A DNA stretch of 64,000 nucleotides from the NCBI RefSeq assembly GCF_006345805.1, contig NC_043010.1:39122001-39186000 (forward strand). Direction: 5' to 3'. Positions 26,324 through 40,405 of the stretch are shown one piece after another. The number at the start of each line of letters is the position of its first letter. Position 1 is the first letter of the stretch. This DNA is from Octopus sinensis. Taxonomy: Eukaryota. Position numbers and translations under genes: made by a program. Under the pieces are notes generated by a model, which had not been told where the DNA came from, did not search any database, and was given only the letters and a program-made list of their open reading frames with translations.

Positions 26324-27557
26324 TATCTGTTTCAACACACGATTTCACATAAAAAATCTTGCAAAACAAATATGTGTGTATATATATATATATATATAAT
26401 GTAAACAGAGTTAGCGATTATTAGTAACCGACAAAGGGATAAAATATCCCTATATACAATCGGTATCCGTTTGTATATATTATCTTCGAGCATTGGTGTG
26501 CAGGAATACATACACGTAGAGTGCAGATAACAACAGGCTAAACAAGAGCTTACCAGGAACCAATGCAAATAATTAGAAACTGGGAAAAATAACAGATTAA
26601 CAAACACATCGAATAGACCACATTTATAGCTTATTTTTTAATACAAAGCATGGCATAACAAAAATAGGTTACGTAACGTATCTTACTGCCGTTACAAATC
26701 GGTTACCAAAATGCAGTTTATAAATAAATGCGAGAATAAAGTTCTTCATCTTTATAGGGCATTCGAATTAAAGCAAAGGAGCTTCATCAAAGTAAACAAA
26801 AACAATAAAAAGATAAAACCACTGTCTACAATATAAACAACGGTAAGAAGAAAATAGAAAGAAAATATGTAGGATTTACTACATCCTACGATGAGCTCCA
26901 ATATCTACTGCTCTTTATGAATGGTGAAGATGGTTACCATTTCTGCATAATACCAACAAACCCGAAGACTGCATCAATAAAGCAGTTTCCTGCATGGACT
27001 TCAGTATCAACGCATATTCTTCAATTACTCCCACTAACCACACAGTAAGCTATTACGCCTTATTTTTCAAGTAATTCATTACTACATATTCTCATGTGAC
27101 TGCATAGGTTCAGTTTAGGTTTGTTCTTCTACAGCCACACCAGCAATCCAATGCCAACAATTTGCCTTCTGCAGCATTTCAACAGTTCACTTCTCCGTTG
27201 CCGTCTTCCACTGTAGCCCTTTTGTGGAAAGAAACCGTTTATGGACAATATTTCCATTACACCTACATTCATTCCACTGTCATCCAGACAATGGGTCATG
27301 TTAGACGTAGCGCCGTCGGCCCAAAAGAGACTATATTCCCTGGCAGATTTTCAGTGCATTCAAAAATCACATACATCCCATCCCCAATTTTCCATGACAG
27401 GTTAGGGCCTAGAAACCTCCAAATAGACGCATGACATGTCTCTTAGTCGAATTAGCCCGTCATCTACTCCACAAATGTTTTGTGGTCAATGCTGCACTTT
27501 CCCGTATCACAGGTTTCAACATAACTGTTATATATATACACACTATGTCATTTTAAT

Positions 27558-27587
27558 CCCGAGCAATGCTGGGTGTCTCTACTAATA
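27558..27587 (+). mobile_element. Possible Helitron 3' terminus (hairpin plus CTRR-like end)
   Basis: cccgagcaatgctggg followed ~10 nt later by ctaa|t resembles Helitron 3' ends. No other support. Confidence 0.35.
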
Positions 27588-29354
27588 AACTCTAAAAGGT
27601 ACAAATTATACTATTGACAACCAAATCGTTCAGTAATAGAATTAAGGGACTTTAATATATGAAGGACATAAAATATATTTTATAATAGTTAAACATCTAG
27701 TTTAATTATTGTTCTAATACGCTTCCTCTAAACTTAAGGACCTCACAGTACTGTCTCTACTACTTGACAAATTAATGATCACAAGTCATTGATAATATCT
27801 TTTGAATGTATACATTTCCTGTTAAAATAATTACAAGGCCATAATGCTTTAAATGAAGAAGTTCTTAAGCTATTAATGGAGAGAAAATAGCCATGTGAGG
27901 TTGTCTTCATCCTTTTGCGGTCAATAAAATAAGTACCAAGCAATTACTGGGATCATTGTTAAAGCTAATCCTTTTTTATTTCAAACTTGATGGCCTTCTG
28001 CCAAATTTTGAAACAGTCCCATTCTTGAAAAATTCCTTTTACTTTTGAGACAGGGCTGTATTTGATTTCCACGTATTTAATTTGCTGTATTATTAGGTCA
28101 GCTACATATTGTGTTATATATCCAATATTCATATAATGGTATTCTGGGAACTGTAAAAGATTTAATCAATTGGATGCGCACAATTTTCTTATCTATTTTG
28201 CTGTCTTCCCTAAATTCTCAGTTGTTCAATAACTATTCATTACACACATAACAACTTCTTTCCATACACCCTCTGATTATTCGCTATGAAGTTATCATTT
28301 TTCAGGCGAACAACTAACCTCTTAGGCAGGATCATACACGCTTGTATATATTTTGTGTTAAATTGGTCAAACAGAGATTGCACTAGTTTCAAAGAATTAA
28401 ACCGAAATAACCAATTAGATATTTATTGTTGTTTATTTTGTAAGCATTGTCTGTAATATCTACATCTTCATCTATACTGTTTCAGTATATTAATTAGAAT
28501 TTGATGATATTTATCACTTATGAATTATTAGCCCTGATGTACCGCATAGTTCGCCTCTGTTTATCCTGACCGATGCTTATGCTTTTAGCTATGTATCTCC
28601 CCTGCTTTATATCTCTCATGTACTTAGAACCTTTGATGTGCAGCATATAATTATTCAATACGTTATGCAATATCAGTGGATTTATGCTAATACCAATATT
28701 CACTTATCGATGTTGTGTTAGTATTTGTTTCAAATACATACTATGATCTAATGAGAGGCCACCGTTTTTATAGTAACTTGTTTTCATGCCAACACTAGTA
28801 TATATTGTTTCAAGCCTTCATTTCCTTCCAAATTTCTTTCGCTTTTTCATGTTTTTCTATATTCTTAATTTACATACCTTCTTTCTTTCTCTTCAGTATA
28901 ATATTACACTTTATCCTCTATATTTTTTCACAATAGAATAATTATTTTCTCTTCTCATTAGTGTTCCATATATTCTGTCGATTGTATTTCGATGGCGCTG
29001 TATAAGAAGAAGCTCAGTTCTCATAAATATTGCTACGACTAATCATTATATAAGCTTGTATAACATATTGATGTTCGTGTCTGCTTTTATGGAATAGTTT
29101 TCTTTAAGAAGATACGATGGTACATATGCTAGACATGTTTGTTTATTCGAAAGTCAAAGTTGCCTTCCCGTGGGTCCATGCTTGCTGATTAATTATTTTT
29201 TAAAGCAATTTCTGAATCATTTCTTTTTCATGTTCCTTTTAATTTGGTTAGCATATTCGCTTTTGTAACGCGTGTTTATATTATATGTAATACCATGCGA
29301 ATAGAGAATATCTTTTTTCCGTAGTGTATTTTATAATCAAATTTCTCTTCGAAT

Positions 29355-30043
29355 TTTCTTCTTCTTCTTCTTCTTCTTCTTCTTCTTCTTCTTCTTCTCT
29401 TCTTCTTCTCTTTTCTTCTTCTTCTTCTTCTTCTTCTTTCTTCTTCTTCCTCTTCTTCTTTTTCTTTTCTTCTTCTCTTCTTCTTCTTTTTTCTTCTTTT
29501 CTTCTTGTTCTGTTTTTTTCTTCTTTTTCTTCTTTTTCTTCTTCTTCTTCTTCTTCTTCTTCTTTTTCTTCTTTTTCTTCTTGTTCTTGTTTTTTCTTCT
29601 TTTTCTTCTTTTTCTTCTTCTTCTTTTTCTTTTTTCTTCTTTTTTTCTTCATCTTTTTTCTTCTTCTTCTTTTTTCTTCTTCTTCTTCTTCTTTTTTCTT
29701 CTTCTTCTACTTCTTCTTCTTCTTCTTTTTTCTTCTTCTTCTTCTTCTTCTTTTTCTTCTTCTTTTTTCTTCTTCTTCTTCTTCTTCTTCTTCTTATCTT
29801 CTTTTTTCTTCTTTTTTTTCTTCTTCTCTTTTTTCTTTTTCTTCTTCTTCTTCTTCTTTTTTTCTTTCTTCTTCTTCTTCTTCTTCTTTTTTTCTTCTTC
29901 TTCTTTTCTTCTTCTTCTTCTTCTTCTTTTTTTCTTCTTTTTTTCTTCTTTTTTCTTCTTCTTTTTTTCTTCTTCTTCTTCTTCTTCTTCTTCTTCTTTT
30001 TCTTCTTCTTCTTCTTCCTCTTCTTCTTTTTCTTCTTCTTCTT
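29355..30043. repeat. ~690 bp imperfect (CTT)n/(GAA)n polypyrimidine-polypurine tract
   Basis: Read directly from the sequence. It explains the five overlapping K/R/E or F/L/S-rich ORFs. Confidence 0.97.
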
Positions 30044-30244
30044 GCTGGTGGTGGTAATCGTGCTGCTATTGCTTGAGTTGCTGTTTTCGCTGCTTTCTCT
30101 TTTGCTGTGAACGGTCACATTTAACAAGAGCCTTGCTTAGAAGATAGTTCCTTTCTCAATTACATAATTACAAAGTATTTATTGAACATTTTACCAACAT
30201 AGATCTTCAATATGTTTGATCACCTACTGACGTTTTTACTGGAC

Positions 30245-30300
<56 letters not shown>

Positions 30301-30303
<3 letters not shown>

Positions 30304-30720
30304 AAAAAAAACACCTTATATCAATTCAACAATGAAATAATTAAATTATACCATATAGAAAAAATTGAATATAAGATAAAAACATATACCAATGATTAAG
30401 TAATGTACAAAATAATAAATAAAAAGTATAAAATATATAATTGGTAAATATAATATTATGATTATTATTATTTTTATTGTTATTATTATTATTTTATATA
30501 TATATATATATCATAAATATCTACTTTGCTCCAGTGTATTCATGGAGTTATATGACGTCCGGAATGGTAGAGCAGGGTTTCTCCCCCAAAAGTTATTAAC
30601 TGCCCAAATTCTCTCATCGAATCTCCGAATTTCTGAAATGTATGCAAGCAGAAAAATAGATTTAAATACACACAATAAAACATTAAAGAAACATACATCT
30701 AGAAAACAGAGTGTCAAAAA
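30301..30720. repeat. Interspersed repeat abutting (TA)n, with a second copy of its first ~110 bp at 42745-42870
   Basis: aaaaaaacacctt.tatcaattcaacaatga..aattataccatatagaaaaaa..aatataagataaaaacatataccaatga is shared between the two loci. Confidence 0.65.
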
Positions 30721-30911
30721 TTAACATGAAATGAAAACTTCAATGAGAATAAAAGCAGTCCCGACAACAACAGCGATCGATTCACCATGTACCTGCGGTG
30801 CAAGTAAAAATGTAACACTAGCAATGAGTAAAAACTATGTAACAATAAAACTTTGTACAATATATTTTACAAAAGACAATGATACCTTTTGTGAAGAATG
30901 TATTCACAAGT

Positions 30912-31089
30912 AGGCGTAGGAGTGGCTGTGTGGTAAGCAGCTTGCTTACGAACCACATGGTTCCGGGTTCAGTCCCACTGCGTGGCACCTTGGGCAAGTG
31001 TCTTCTACTATATCGTGGGCTGACCAGAGCCTTATCAGTGGATTTTAATAGACGGAAACTGAAAGAAGGCCGTCGTATATATGTATATA

Positions 31090-31151
<62 letters not shown>

Positions 31152-31355
31152 TTGTGCGTCTGTGTTTGTCCCGCCCAACATCTCTTGACAACCGATGGTG
31201 GTGTGTTTATGTTCCCGTAACTTAGTGGTTCGGCAAAAGACTCCAATAGAATAAGTACTAGGCTTACAAAGAATATGTTCTGGGGTCGATTTTCTCGACT
31301 AAAGGCGATGCTCCAGCATGGCCACAGTCAAATAATTGAAACAAGTAAAAGAGTA
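30912..31355 (+). mobile_element. tRNA-derived SINE family A
   Basis: Colinear with 8071-8464. Confidence 0.9.
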
Positions 31356-33229
31356 AGCAGACGATGAGAAAAGGGGATACTTCAATATGTTCCTTTTTAT
31401 TTTTAAAGAAAGAAACAGCTTTAAAAACCTGAGTTGGCCTAATATCTGACCGAGCTGCTACTCTATCAACCGCTGAATGGTATATGGAAATCCTAGAACA
31501 ATATGAGGCACCATACGCCTGCTCTCATACTTTTGCCTTCTGTAATTGGATGACTATATTACGAGGCTAGATTTATCGTAACTAACTTGGTATCTAGATT
31601 TTCGCCTTCCCCAACAAAGAACTCTAAAGTTAGTGAGTACGGAAGTGATCTGCAACAAGTAGGGATGAACGCGTATTTGCATGGACAGTCAGGTTGTGAT
31701 GACATTTGAAAGTTACTGGGCAAGTATGACCTATAAGATACGGCATCGGTGGAGTGGAGTGGAGGGTAATTTGGCTGTTGATAGAAAGACAGCAGAAAGA
31801 TATTTGATACATGTGAGGTAGTAAGGTAGTAACAGTCGCTTGAGGCTCTTCCGTCCGGAAGTAGAAACAAGATCTCATAAACAGTAAGCAATTAGGAAAA
31901 GAATAAAAGACAGTCCGTGAGTTGAGGATCGTAGATTTTTGGTTGTATTTATTCCACAACACAACACTTTGCGGCCCGGACGATAGCGAGTGTGGAAAGC
32001 GACGATATCAGCTCAGCCTTATTGTAAAGGTCACGAAACACCGATGATGAGGTCGAACAAGGAATAGGTGAAAGGTTTTCAAATCTTGTCTAACAGACGA
32101 CTTCCCCACTTCCCGGAAATTGTTGGCCTTGCGTAAAAATCTTAAACCAATATTTCTTCAAGCGATTTGAATTCTGAGAACACATTTGATCTCGCTGCCT
32201 TTGCAGAAATACATATCAGTCATACATTGGGATTCGTTTCTGTACACAATATTCCGCATCTTGAATTCAATGGCCATATACAAAATTAATTCCATCTCCC
32301 TCTATCTATTATGTTCCGGCCACACCGCGTTATGAATTACTTTTAGTATGTTCTGTTTCAATAAAATAATCGCAAGTTTTATATTGTGACAATTCAAGCG
32401 AATGTCAGTCCTTATTTACAAAATGTTGGTATTGTTACTGAGATAAAAGCGAATAATACTAGTAAATGTCGTAAAATTAATTTCATTTCATTTCAGATAA
32501 CGTTACAGGGAATTGGTGAAATCACATAGTAACGTTCTAAATACGACGTAGGTAGATGTTGTAAAAGTTATTAGAGCAGCTACAATATCTAGTATTGTTG
32601 AAATTAATTAATTAATTTTCTGGTCAAATTTCCCTATGAAAAGTGACGAAGTCAGCCATATATATATATAAAGAAAGATAGAGTAAGCGTTACCACGCTT
32701 GTTCTATCAAAATCATATATTTACATACTTCTGTGTGTGTGTGTATGTTTGTGTGAGTGTCTGTGTTTGTATGTGTGCTTGTATTTGTGCGTTTCGTTTT
32801 GTTGGAACAAAGTAAACGAGTATGTACTTTAAATAATATTTAATCGTCAGAAGCTGAAACTGACTCAAGGGACGGGAGTTTCGTGTGTAACACTTATATA
32901 TATATATAAGATAAAAGAGAAAACAAGTAGATTGGTCGTGAATTGTGTCGACAAGATTTGTATTGTAACATTTGGAGACAGAAACAGAAAGTGCATTGAT
33001 TAATTACCATCGAATGTATGGGTAACCCATATGTTGGCCAGATTACTGCTTCAGCTTTAAGAAGACATGTGGAAAACAAGAAGGGCAAACATTTTATTTC
33101 GTTTATATTTGAGTCACCTGCGCTAACAAAACACGATAATAGCTGGCGTAGGCGGGCGGGAAGTAGCGGAGGAGAGAAACTAGATAAGTAAGGGTGAAAG
33201 AAAGAAACGAAACACTAATTTTGAATGCA

Positions 33230-33860
33230 AAGCCTATTTCCTTTCTTTTCTTTAAACTTGTGGGTCTATGTTCAACAGATGTTTGTTTACATCGGAAAAT
33301 GAGTAATGCAATCGGCAATGTTATTGGAGCTCTTGGCGAATTGTGGGCCCGTAGCAGTATGTTTCGAACTTGTTTATAAAAGAAAGCGGTAAAGTGTCGG
33401 ACTGTATCCACAATGTAATGTGTGCTGCAAAATTTTAATATGATGTAATATATGAAGTTATACGACATGCGGCTGAAATTTGGTGAGATGGGTACTGTTC
33501 GTTAGGCCTGGTCATGGTTGTAATGTTACTGATGTAGGAACTGCTGTTGCGAGCGCACTTATTTGTGTCAGGTTGTGTATGGCTTGTCGCTGTGGATATT
33601 CTAACAAGAAGATTAACGAGCTTCCTATATTTCTTGAAGGCAAGGAAGAGTAGCGCATACAATATAGGGGTAGATGCGGAGTGAGGGCGTTGGACATGGA
33701 AGTTTCAAATGCATTTATTATGAGAACTGACAGCAAGTAGGATCCGATTTAGAGAGAAATGTCGCATTCTCTCACATTCGGATTAATAATCCAAATAAAT
33801 GCCTCACTGGTAACTAAGCCTGAAGAATTGAGAGAGCATCCACCAATCATAGCCGACCAC
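33230..33860 (-). pseudogene. Possible highly decayed APE-type LINE (L2/CR1-like) endonuclease region
   Basis: Minus strand VLIINAF-(frameshift)-NFHV resembles the LIxGDFNFHV APE motif. GC is higher than in the flanks. Weak evidence. Confidence 0.25.
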
Positions 33861-34097
33861 ATACGCCAACTTGTTATCTATTCATATCTTCGCTACAAAA
33901 ACTGTTTTTGTGAATTTGTTGTTGCTTTTTAATAAAGTATATACATATATAAACATATATGTATATCAACACACACACACACATACACACACACAGACAC
34001 ACACACACACATAAACACACACATACTAACACGCACACGCACACACATGTTATCTCCCCTACTTTCCCTCTCGTGTGTGACCCTTCTGTCCGAAGTC

Positions 34098-34284
34098 AGT
34101 CGCCATTATAGATCGTTAGCCATTACCCACATGTTTCTCTCCTTGTTTTTTCTGTGTCCTTTGTAGAAGAGCGTAGGCTCGAAACGTAAAGACATTTTTC
34201 TATTCCTGAGCGTTATACTAATACATCTGTTTGCTTTGTACACACTGTATTCGTCTTTTGTTTTTTTCGTAAACTCTCCCTATA
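34098..34284 (+). mobile_element. Short Penelope-like repeat with degenerate hammerhead (same family as 55481-55697 and 61771-61978)
   Basis: ..ctttgtagaaGAGCgtagGCTC-GAAAC-GTA-aagac.. with colinear flanks, ending at a TA/CATA microsatellite. Confidence 0.7.
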
Positions 34285-34492
34285 CATACATACATATATA
34301 TATAATATATATATATATATATTATATATATACTATATATATAATATATATATATATATATACATACATATACGTTTATAATTGTGTTGCAAGAGTCCTT
34401 TGATTCGAAACGTGTGTCGAAATAGATGTAATTCGGGATAGACATATTTCGTTTTTGAAAATTAACACACCTGTCCCCAAAAAAGTGAACAT

Positions 34493-34877
34493 GGGCGCAG
34501 GAGTGGCTATGTAGTAAGTAGCTTACTTCCTAACTACATGGTTCTGGGTTCAGTCCCACTATGTGGCAACTAGGGTAGGTACCTTCTACTATAGCCTCGG
34601 GGTGACCAATCACTTGTGAGTGGATCTGTTAGACGGAAACTGGTAGAAGACCGTCGTATATCTATGTATGCATATCTATGTGTGTGTATGTATGTATATA
34701 TGTATGTATTTGTGTGTCTTTGAGTCTGCTTTTGTCCCCCACCATGGCTTGACAACCGATGTTGGGGGTGTCTACGTCCCCGCACTTTGGCGATTCGACA
34801 AAAGATTCTGATAGAATAAGTACTAGGCTTACAAAAAATAAGTCCTTGGTTCGATTTGTTCGACTGTAGGCGGTGCC
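34493..34877 (+). mobile_element. tRNA-derived SINE family A (diverged)
   Basis: Colinear with 8071-8464. Confidence 0.85.
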
Positions 34878-34981
34878 TACATTTTATTATATATACTATT
34901 TATACTATATAGTCTATATTCTACATTAATATTATAAAGGATATAAATAAAGCATAAAAACAGACAGAGTTGGAATTCTTT

Positions 34982-35027
<46 letters not shown>

Positions 35028-35583
35028 ATATATATACATATATCCTATATGTATTTATATAACATGATGTATATATATATATATATATAATATATATTAT
35101 ATATATATATATATATATATTCTTATATTTACAGATGCATATATTCATTCATGAGTTTTTCTAGATTAATACGTTAACTTGTAAGCACTAGCTTCTAATT
35201 CTAACTATACTTTCTGCCTACGCATATATTCTGTAGAAGAGCTTCTTACTTCAACAAAACAGCATGCGTTTTACAATATACAAAAAGAAAAAATGCAAGT
35301 GAGTCTTAAAGGGTAAGTAAGATAGCATCATAGATGCAGCTGCATATAGTTTCGTGCAATTGGGAGCAGATATGTTTATGAAACCACTATATATTGATTT
35401 GCACTCAGAAACACCGCAGATGCATATTTAGACATATGAATACATACTACCATAGTTGAAGTGAATAATGTTATACTAACAATCAAACCTACCCCACATA
35501 TATGTGTATGGATGTACATATGTATGGATATATCTAAATTAGAGTTATGCGTCTACCTAAAGATATATGCAAACACAGATGTC

Positions 35584-35745
35584 TCTCTCTATATAAACGG
35601 CAGTTTGTCTGTGCGTGTTTCTGTGTGTCTGTTTGCTTGTACCTCACCCTGACCACGGCTTTCAACCGAAACGATTCTGATGAAACTGACACACACATAG
35701 CCCAATGTCATAATTCAAAACTAACGAAGCGGAAAATTTTGAAAA
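35584..35745 (+). mobile_element. Probable non-autonomous Helitron-like 5' end running into the gap
   Basis: Starts tctctctatataaacggcag followed by (ctgt)-rich repeats and ..ccga..ttctgatgaaact.., a layout typical of invertebrate non-autonomous Helitron 5' ends. Cut off by Ns. Confidence 0.4.
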
Positions 35746-35845
35746 NNNNNNNNNNNNNNNNNNNNNNNNNNNNNNNNNNNNNNNNNNNNNNNNNNNNNNN
35801 NNNNNNNNNNNNNNNNNNNNNNNNNNNNNNNNNNNNNNNNNNNNN
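35746..35845. other. Assembly gap (100 N)
   Basis: 100 consecutive N. The true size and adjacency are unknown. Confidence 1.
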
Positions 35846-35991
35846 TACTTTCTCTATATGTATGTATGTATGTGTATGTATGTATGTATGTATGTATGTA
35901 TGTATGTATGTATGTATGCATGCATGCATGCATGTATGTATGTATGTGTGTATGCATGTGTGCTTTATACATACATACATACATACATACA

Positions 35992-36023
<32 letters not shown>

Positions 36024-36029
<6 letters not shown>

Positions 36030-36334
36030 CGTGATCACCGTAACCGACCAGACTATCAGATGCTGCTGCACATCGCTGGTCACAATGCGCTTTGCATTGT
36101 TTTTAGACTTCAAAGGACGCCATCCCGCTGGCTAAGCGAGCAGGCCAACAGAAGAATGAGAGAAAGTTGTGGCGAAAGAGAACACCAAAGATCGCCCCCA
36201 CCCCACTGCCGGAGCATCGTGGAGCTTCGGGTGTTTTCGCTCAATAAACCCTCACAAGGCCCGGTCTGGCAATCGAAACCACGATCCTACGACCGCGAGT
36301 CCGCTGCCCTAACCACAGGGCCAATGCACCTCCA
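36024..36334 (-). mobile_element. tRNA-derived SINE (head type C with tail type Y ending in a cacggtgat repeat)
   Basis: Head matches 7080-7227. Tail matches 44100-44187. Confidence 0.82.
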
Positions 36335-36363
36335 CACACATATATATAAAATATAATAAATAT

Positions 36364-36408
<45 letters not shown>

Positions 36409-36426
36409 CATATATATATATCTACA

Positions 36427-36460
<34 letters not shown>

Positions 36461-36729
36461 ATAAATATATATACATACATACATATATAAGTATGTGTGT
36501 GTATGTATAGATGTGTGCCTGTGCATATGTAACCTCTTACTACGTTCATTCAGTGGGTCATAAGGCGCATAGAATATTAATGGTGTACCATGTGATAGGT
36601 TGATACTCTTCCCTAAAACTGGCAGCCAGAATACTTTCGTTTGTCCGTAAGTGGAAATTAAGGATACTTATTATATATATTTTACGATAAACTTTTATAA
36701 TTGCAAATCCTCTCTTTAGGATGATTTGT

Positions 36730-37100
36730 TGATCCAAGTATATATTTATTTTCCATTAAATGCATTTTTCTTGTTTTGTGACGGTAACAGACAGAGATAG
36801 CCCAGTGATATATCTGATAGGTATTTAATCTCTGTTTTTTTTTATACCAATTACCTGTAATATTTATGTACCAGCCTCCAGGAATGTGTTCTATATACCT
36901 AAAAGTGGTTCATCCAATAACGTTACACCGCTTATATTTAATGGTTTTTTAAAGCAATGAGTTCATAGATGGTTAATGGTTTGGATGTGTGTTGATGAAG
37001 GAGCAAAGACGCCTTGAATATGTCATATACGTTCGTTCCCCATTTTCTATCTATCTCCTTGTTGTTTGCATAAATCTTTCGGCTCCGAAAGGCCTTAACA
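36730..37100 (-). pseudogene. Possible decayed Penelope-like reverse transcriptase fragment
   Basis: With frameshifts, the minus strand gives FMQT..MGTN..FAPS and then FRYIEHIPGGW (36871-36903). This resembles the PLE RT motifs YxQxxGxAMGTxxAPS and FRYIDDIFxxW in the expected order. Confidence 0.33.
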
Positions 37101-37728
37101 AACTCGGTGCTATAGAACATTTGTAGAGATAAAATTTACAAGTGATTTTTCTATACCATACATGCATAGATAATGGTATATAACTCTCATTGCACATATC
37201 TTTAAAATAACTTATTGTCGCCCATTTAGATGAATTTTCTAATTTTCCGATGTATGATACAAAATGGCGGTTAGTTTTATTTTATTTTCTATTATTTTAC
37301 TCTCTAGAAGTACAGCATTCATTCCTACATTAGTCGTTCAACGGCACAGCAATTTGACAGCAATAGTTACTTTGCTTTTGACATTAATTTACTCTGTAAG
37401 TAGGGTTCTTTTAAATGGGTTCCAATTTAACATCGCTATTACTGGCATATATGGCGTTTTGTGTAACTGATATTTCGAATATTATTATTGTTGGTTAATT
37501 TGCGAATTTTATACTCTTTGTTGACACGCTTGTTGTAGTAGAAGATAAATTGCTCCTATGCTGATCATTTCTCAAACACATTTCCAATAAAGATCGCCGT
37601 GCCAAAATAACGAAAGGAGATGTGATAAACCGTAATATATAAAAAAAAACGATATATTTTACGTAGACATCGTCATAAAGTATGCGCAGTGAGGACACAT
37701 ACAAAACAAGCAGCAATGTATATATATA

Positions 37729-37769
<41 letters not shown>

Positions 37770-38074
37770 TTACACACACACACACACCACACACACAGAC
37801 ACACACATATATATATATATAAGCATACAGATAACACATACAGTATACCTACACATGTAGATGTGTGCGTGTATGTGTAAATATGGCTATACCTAAATAT
37901 ACACACATATGTATATATGCATATATATGTATATATGCCTGTATATATACATTATACACACATATCTTTATATGTGTGTGTATTATGTATGTATGCATGT
38001 ATGCATGCATGCATGCATATATGTATGTATATATACATTTTTATAATTATGAGTATAATTATAATTAGTGTTCA

Positions 38075-38432
38075 GCAAAAATTTGCTTCACCACATACCG
38101 AAATTTAGAAATAGCAGTTAAAACTAACTATTTCACTACCACAAGAAAATCTCCCAGACAGCAATACTCAACAACTCACGCAGGTAAAGAGAGAAAATAA
38201 CGAATCTTCCCGGCTTTGATTAACTGTATACACGTTTCTGCGTTAGATGTGAAAAATGTAAAATCACATTTCCACTCTATCATTCTCCTCTTCAAAGCCG
38301 GGTGGATTCGATATTTTTTCTCTTTACCTGTGTAGTAAAGTATTGCTGTCTGGGAGATTTTCTTATGGTAGTGAAATAGTTAGTTTTAACTACTATTTCT
38401 AAATTTCGGTATGTGGTGATGCAAATATTTGC
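38075..38432. repeat. Inverted repeat (fold-back), arms 38075-38219 and 38292-38432
   Basis: caccacataccgaaatttagaaatag.agttaaaactaactatttcactacca.aagaaaatctcccagacagcaatact and its reverse complement. Confidence 0.93.
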
Positions 38433-39489
38433 ATGTTAGATATGGATTTGCAAGATCTGTAAAAATCTGTAAAACTTACCAGTGTTGGGAAGTAGTTCAT
38501 AAATCCCTATGTGAATCTGATAAACATAGACTTTAGAAGAGAGAGCGCAGATCCTGTTCAGATCTAAGGTCCCTAACTCTCTCTTGAACTCCAGGTGAGA
38601 GATCTTCAGTGGTTGCATGCATATGTATAAATATATTTTGAAGAATTTGAAAATTCTGCCTATTCCTGATTGACTTGATATCTTTCCAGCCTTATTATTT
38701 AAGTTCTAGGGAGAATAACTACTTTATCTTTTTAGTTCATATTTTTTACATTTTAGCTTCTGTTTTTCCTTCTCCGTTCGGTGTTTTTCGTTTTCGGTTG
38801 TTTACTGTCTGGGTTTTCTTTGCGCTACCATCTCATTTTTTCCGCATTACTTCGATTATTCAATTTCTTCAGTTCGTTATGATATGTGGTTTGCGCCTGA
38901 AGAATATGTTTGCCTTCTCAACATATGAAACTATTAGTAGCGCTTTAATACATATACTGTGACTTTTGAATAAATGATGTTTATCTCTCACCAATGGAGT
39001 ACTGTTTTTGTTGAATTTTCTCTCTCGGATCAGTTCCTACACACACACACACACACACACACACAACACACACCCCCACACACACACGTATTTGTGAATG
39101 AATCTATGTATAATATGCAATGGGATTAGTATTGGATTAAATAGCCATCTATGTATCATACTAAACGAAAATATCTCGTGAAAGTCAAATTTGCAATGAT
39201 CTCCATCTCAAGATAATATTTCGTATGTACGTGCTGTGGTTAAAACTCAAGATATAGATCGGAGATTTTTATCGTCGAAGCAGCGACCACCGTGGATGCC
39301 AGATGCCTTTCTGTCTCATTGAGCACTGTCAAAAGCGAGAACTCAGAGTTACCCACCCACTTGCATGAAATTTGTCATAAATACATAAATACACATATTG
39401 ATACACACACAGACACTCATTTATACATGTATATCTATATCTATATACATATATACGTTTGTATATGTGTGTGTGTGTGTGTGTGTTTG

Positions 39490-39659
39490 TGGAGGCGCTT
39501 GGCTTAATGGTTAGGGTGTCAGCCTCATGATCGTAAGATTGGGCTTCCGATTCTTGGAATGTTGAGATGAAATGGCGTCCCATCCAGCTGGGGAACATAT
39601 ATGCCATGGAAACCGGGAAAACTGGCCCATGAGCCTGGCTAGGCTTTAGAAGGGCGCAT
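39490..39659 (+). mobile_element. tRNA-derived SINE type D, internally deleted
   Basis: Head and tail match the reverse complement of 47696-47942. Confidence 0.8.
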
Positions 39660-39713
39660 TTATTTTTATACACACACACGCACAAACACACACACACACA
39701 CATATATATATGT

Positions 39714-39764
<51 letters not shown>

Positions 39765-40360
39765 TGTATAGGGATATAATTGGTGCATGTGTAATTTTGG
39801 CAGGAGTATGTTTAGTAACTTTGTCAATAGCAAACCGCGTTTCATGCTGCTATTTACGTACTTGGAAAGAACAATTTTTATAGGAATATTACCTAATGAA
39901 ACGACAGTTATTAGCTGCTTTTCGAAGCAATATTTCTTGCTAGTCATCAACATAACCAATAAGAATGATATAAATGTCAGTTACTCACAGCGCCATCTAT
40001 AGTAAAGAAAAATAATGGGAATACATCACCACACTCTATCATCCCCCTACTGGCAAACTGAATGAAATAGATGAAGATATAACTAGAATTGTCGAAAGAT
40101 TCGTACACTCGAGTGAATAATAAACAAATTATTATGGATCCAGGGTATTGAGACCTGGAAAACAACGGTTGTATTGTATTTTACCTCTCAAGAATTCTCG
40201 GACATGCGGGAATGTGTTCCGTTGTGACGGTAAAAACTTAAATTAGTCAGACCCTATAGATCAGAAAGCCTGTCTGTTATATTTCTGACAGAAGAAGTCT
40301 CTTGAGGGCTTTCTGACTCGAAATGCTGGAAAGGCAGAGAAAGAGAAATAGAGGGAAAAG

Positions 40361-40405
<45 letters not shown>

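Noticed and set aside
28518-28900. Possible old LINE RT remnant on the minus strand (RDIKQG)
   Set aside because: A single short motif with no other recognisable RT domains.
29276-30127. 283-aa K/R-rich ORF and overlapping ORFs
   Set aside because: Artefact of the (CTT)n tract, which lacks stops in most frames.
35547-36356. 269-aa ORF
   Set aside because: It spans the 100-N gap, microsatellites and an antisense SINE.
38570-38612. Minus-strand CTGAAGA-tctc..gaga hammerhead-like string beside the fold-back
   Set aside because: GAAA is replaced by GAGT/GTTA and no stem III/NUH is evident.
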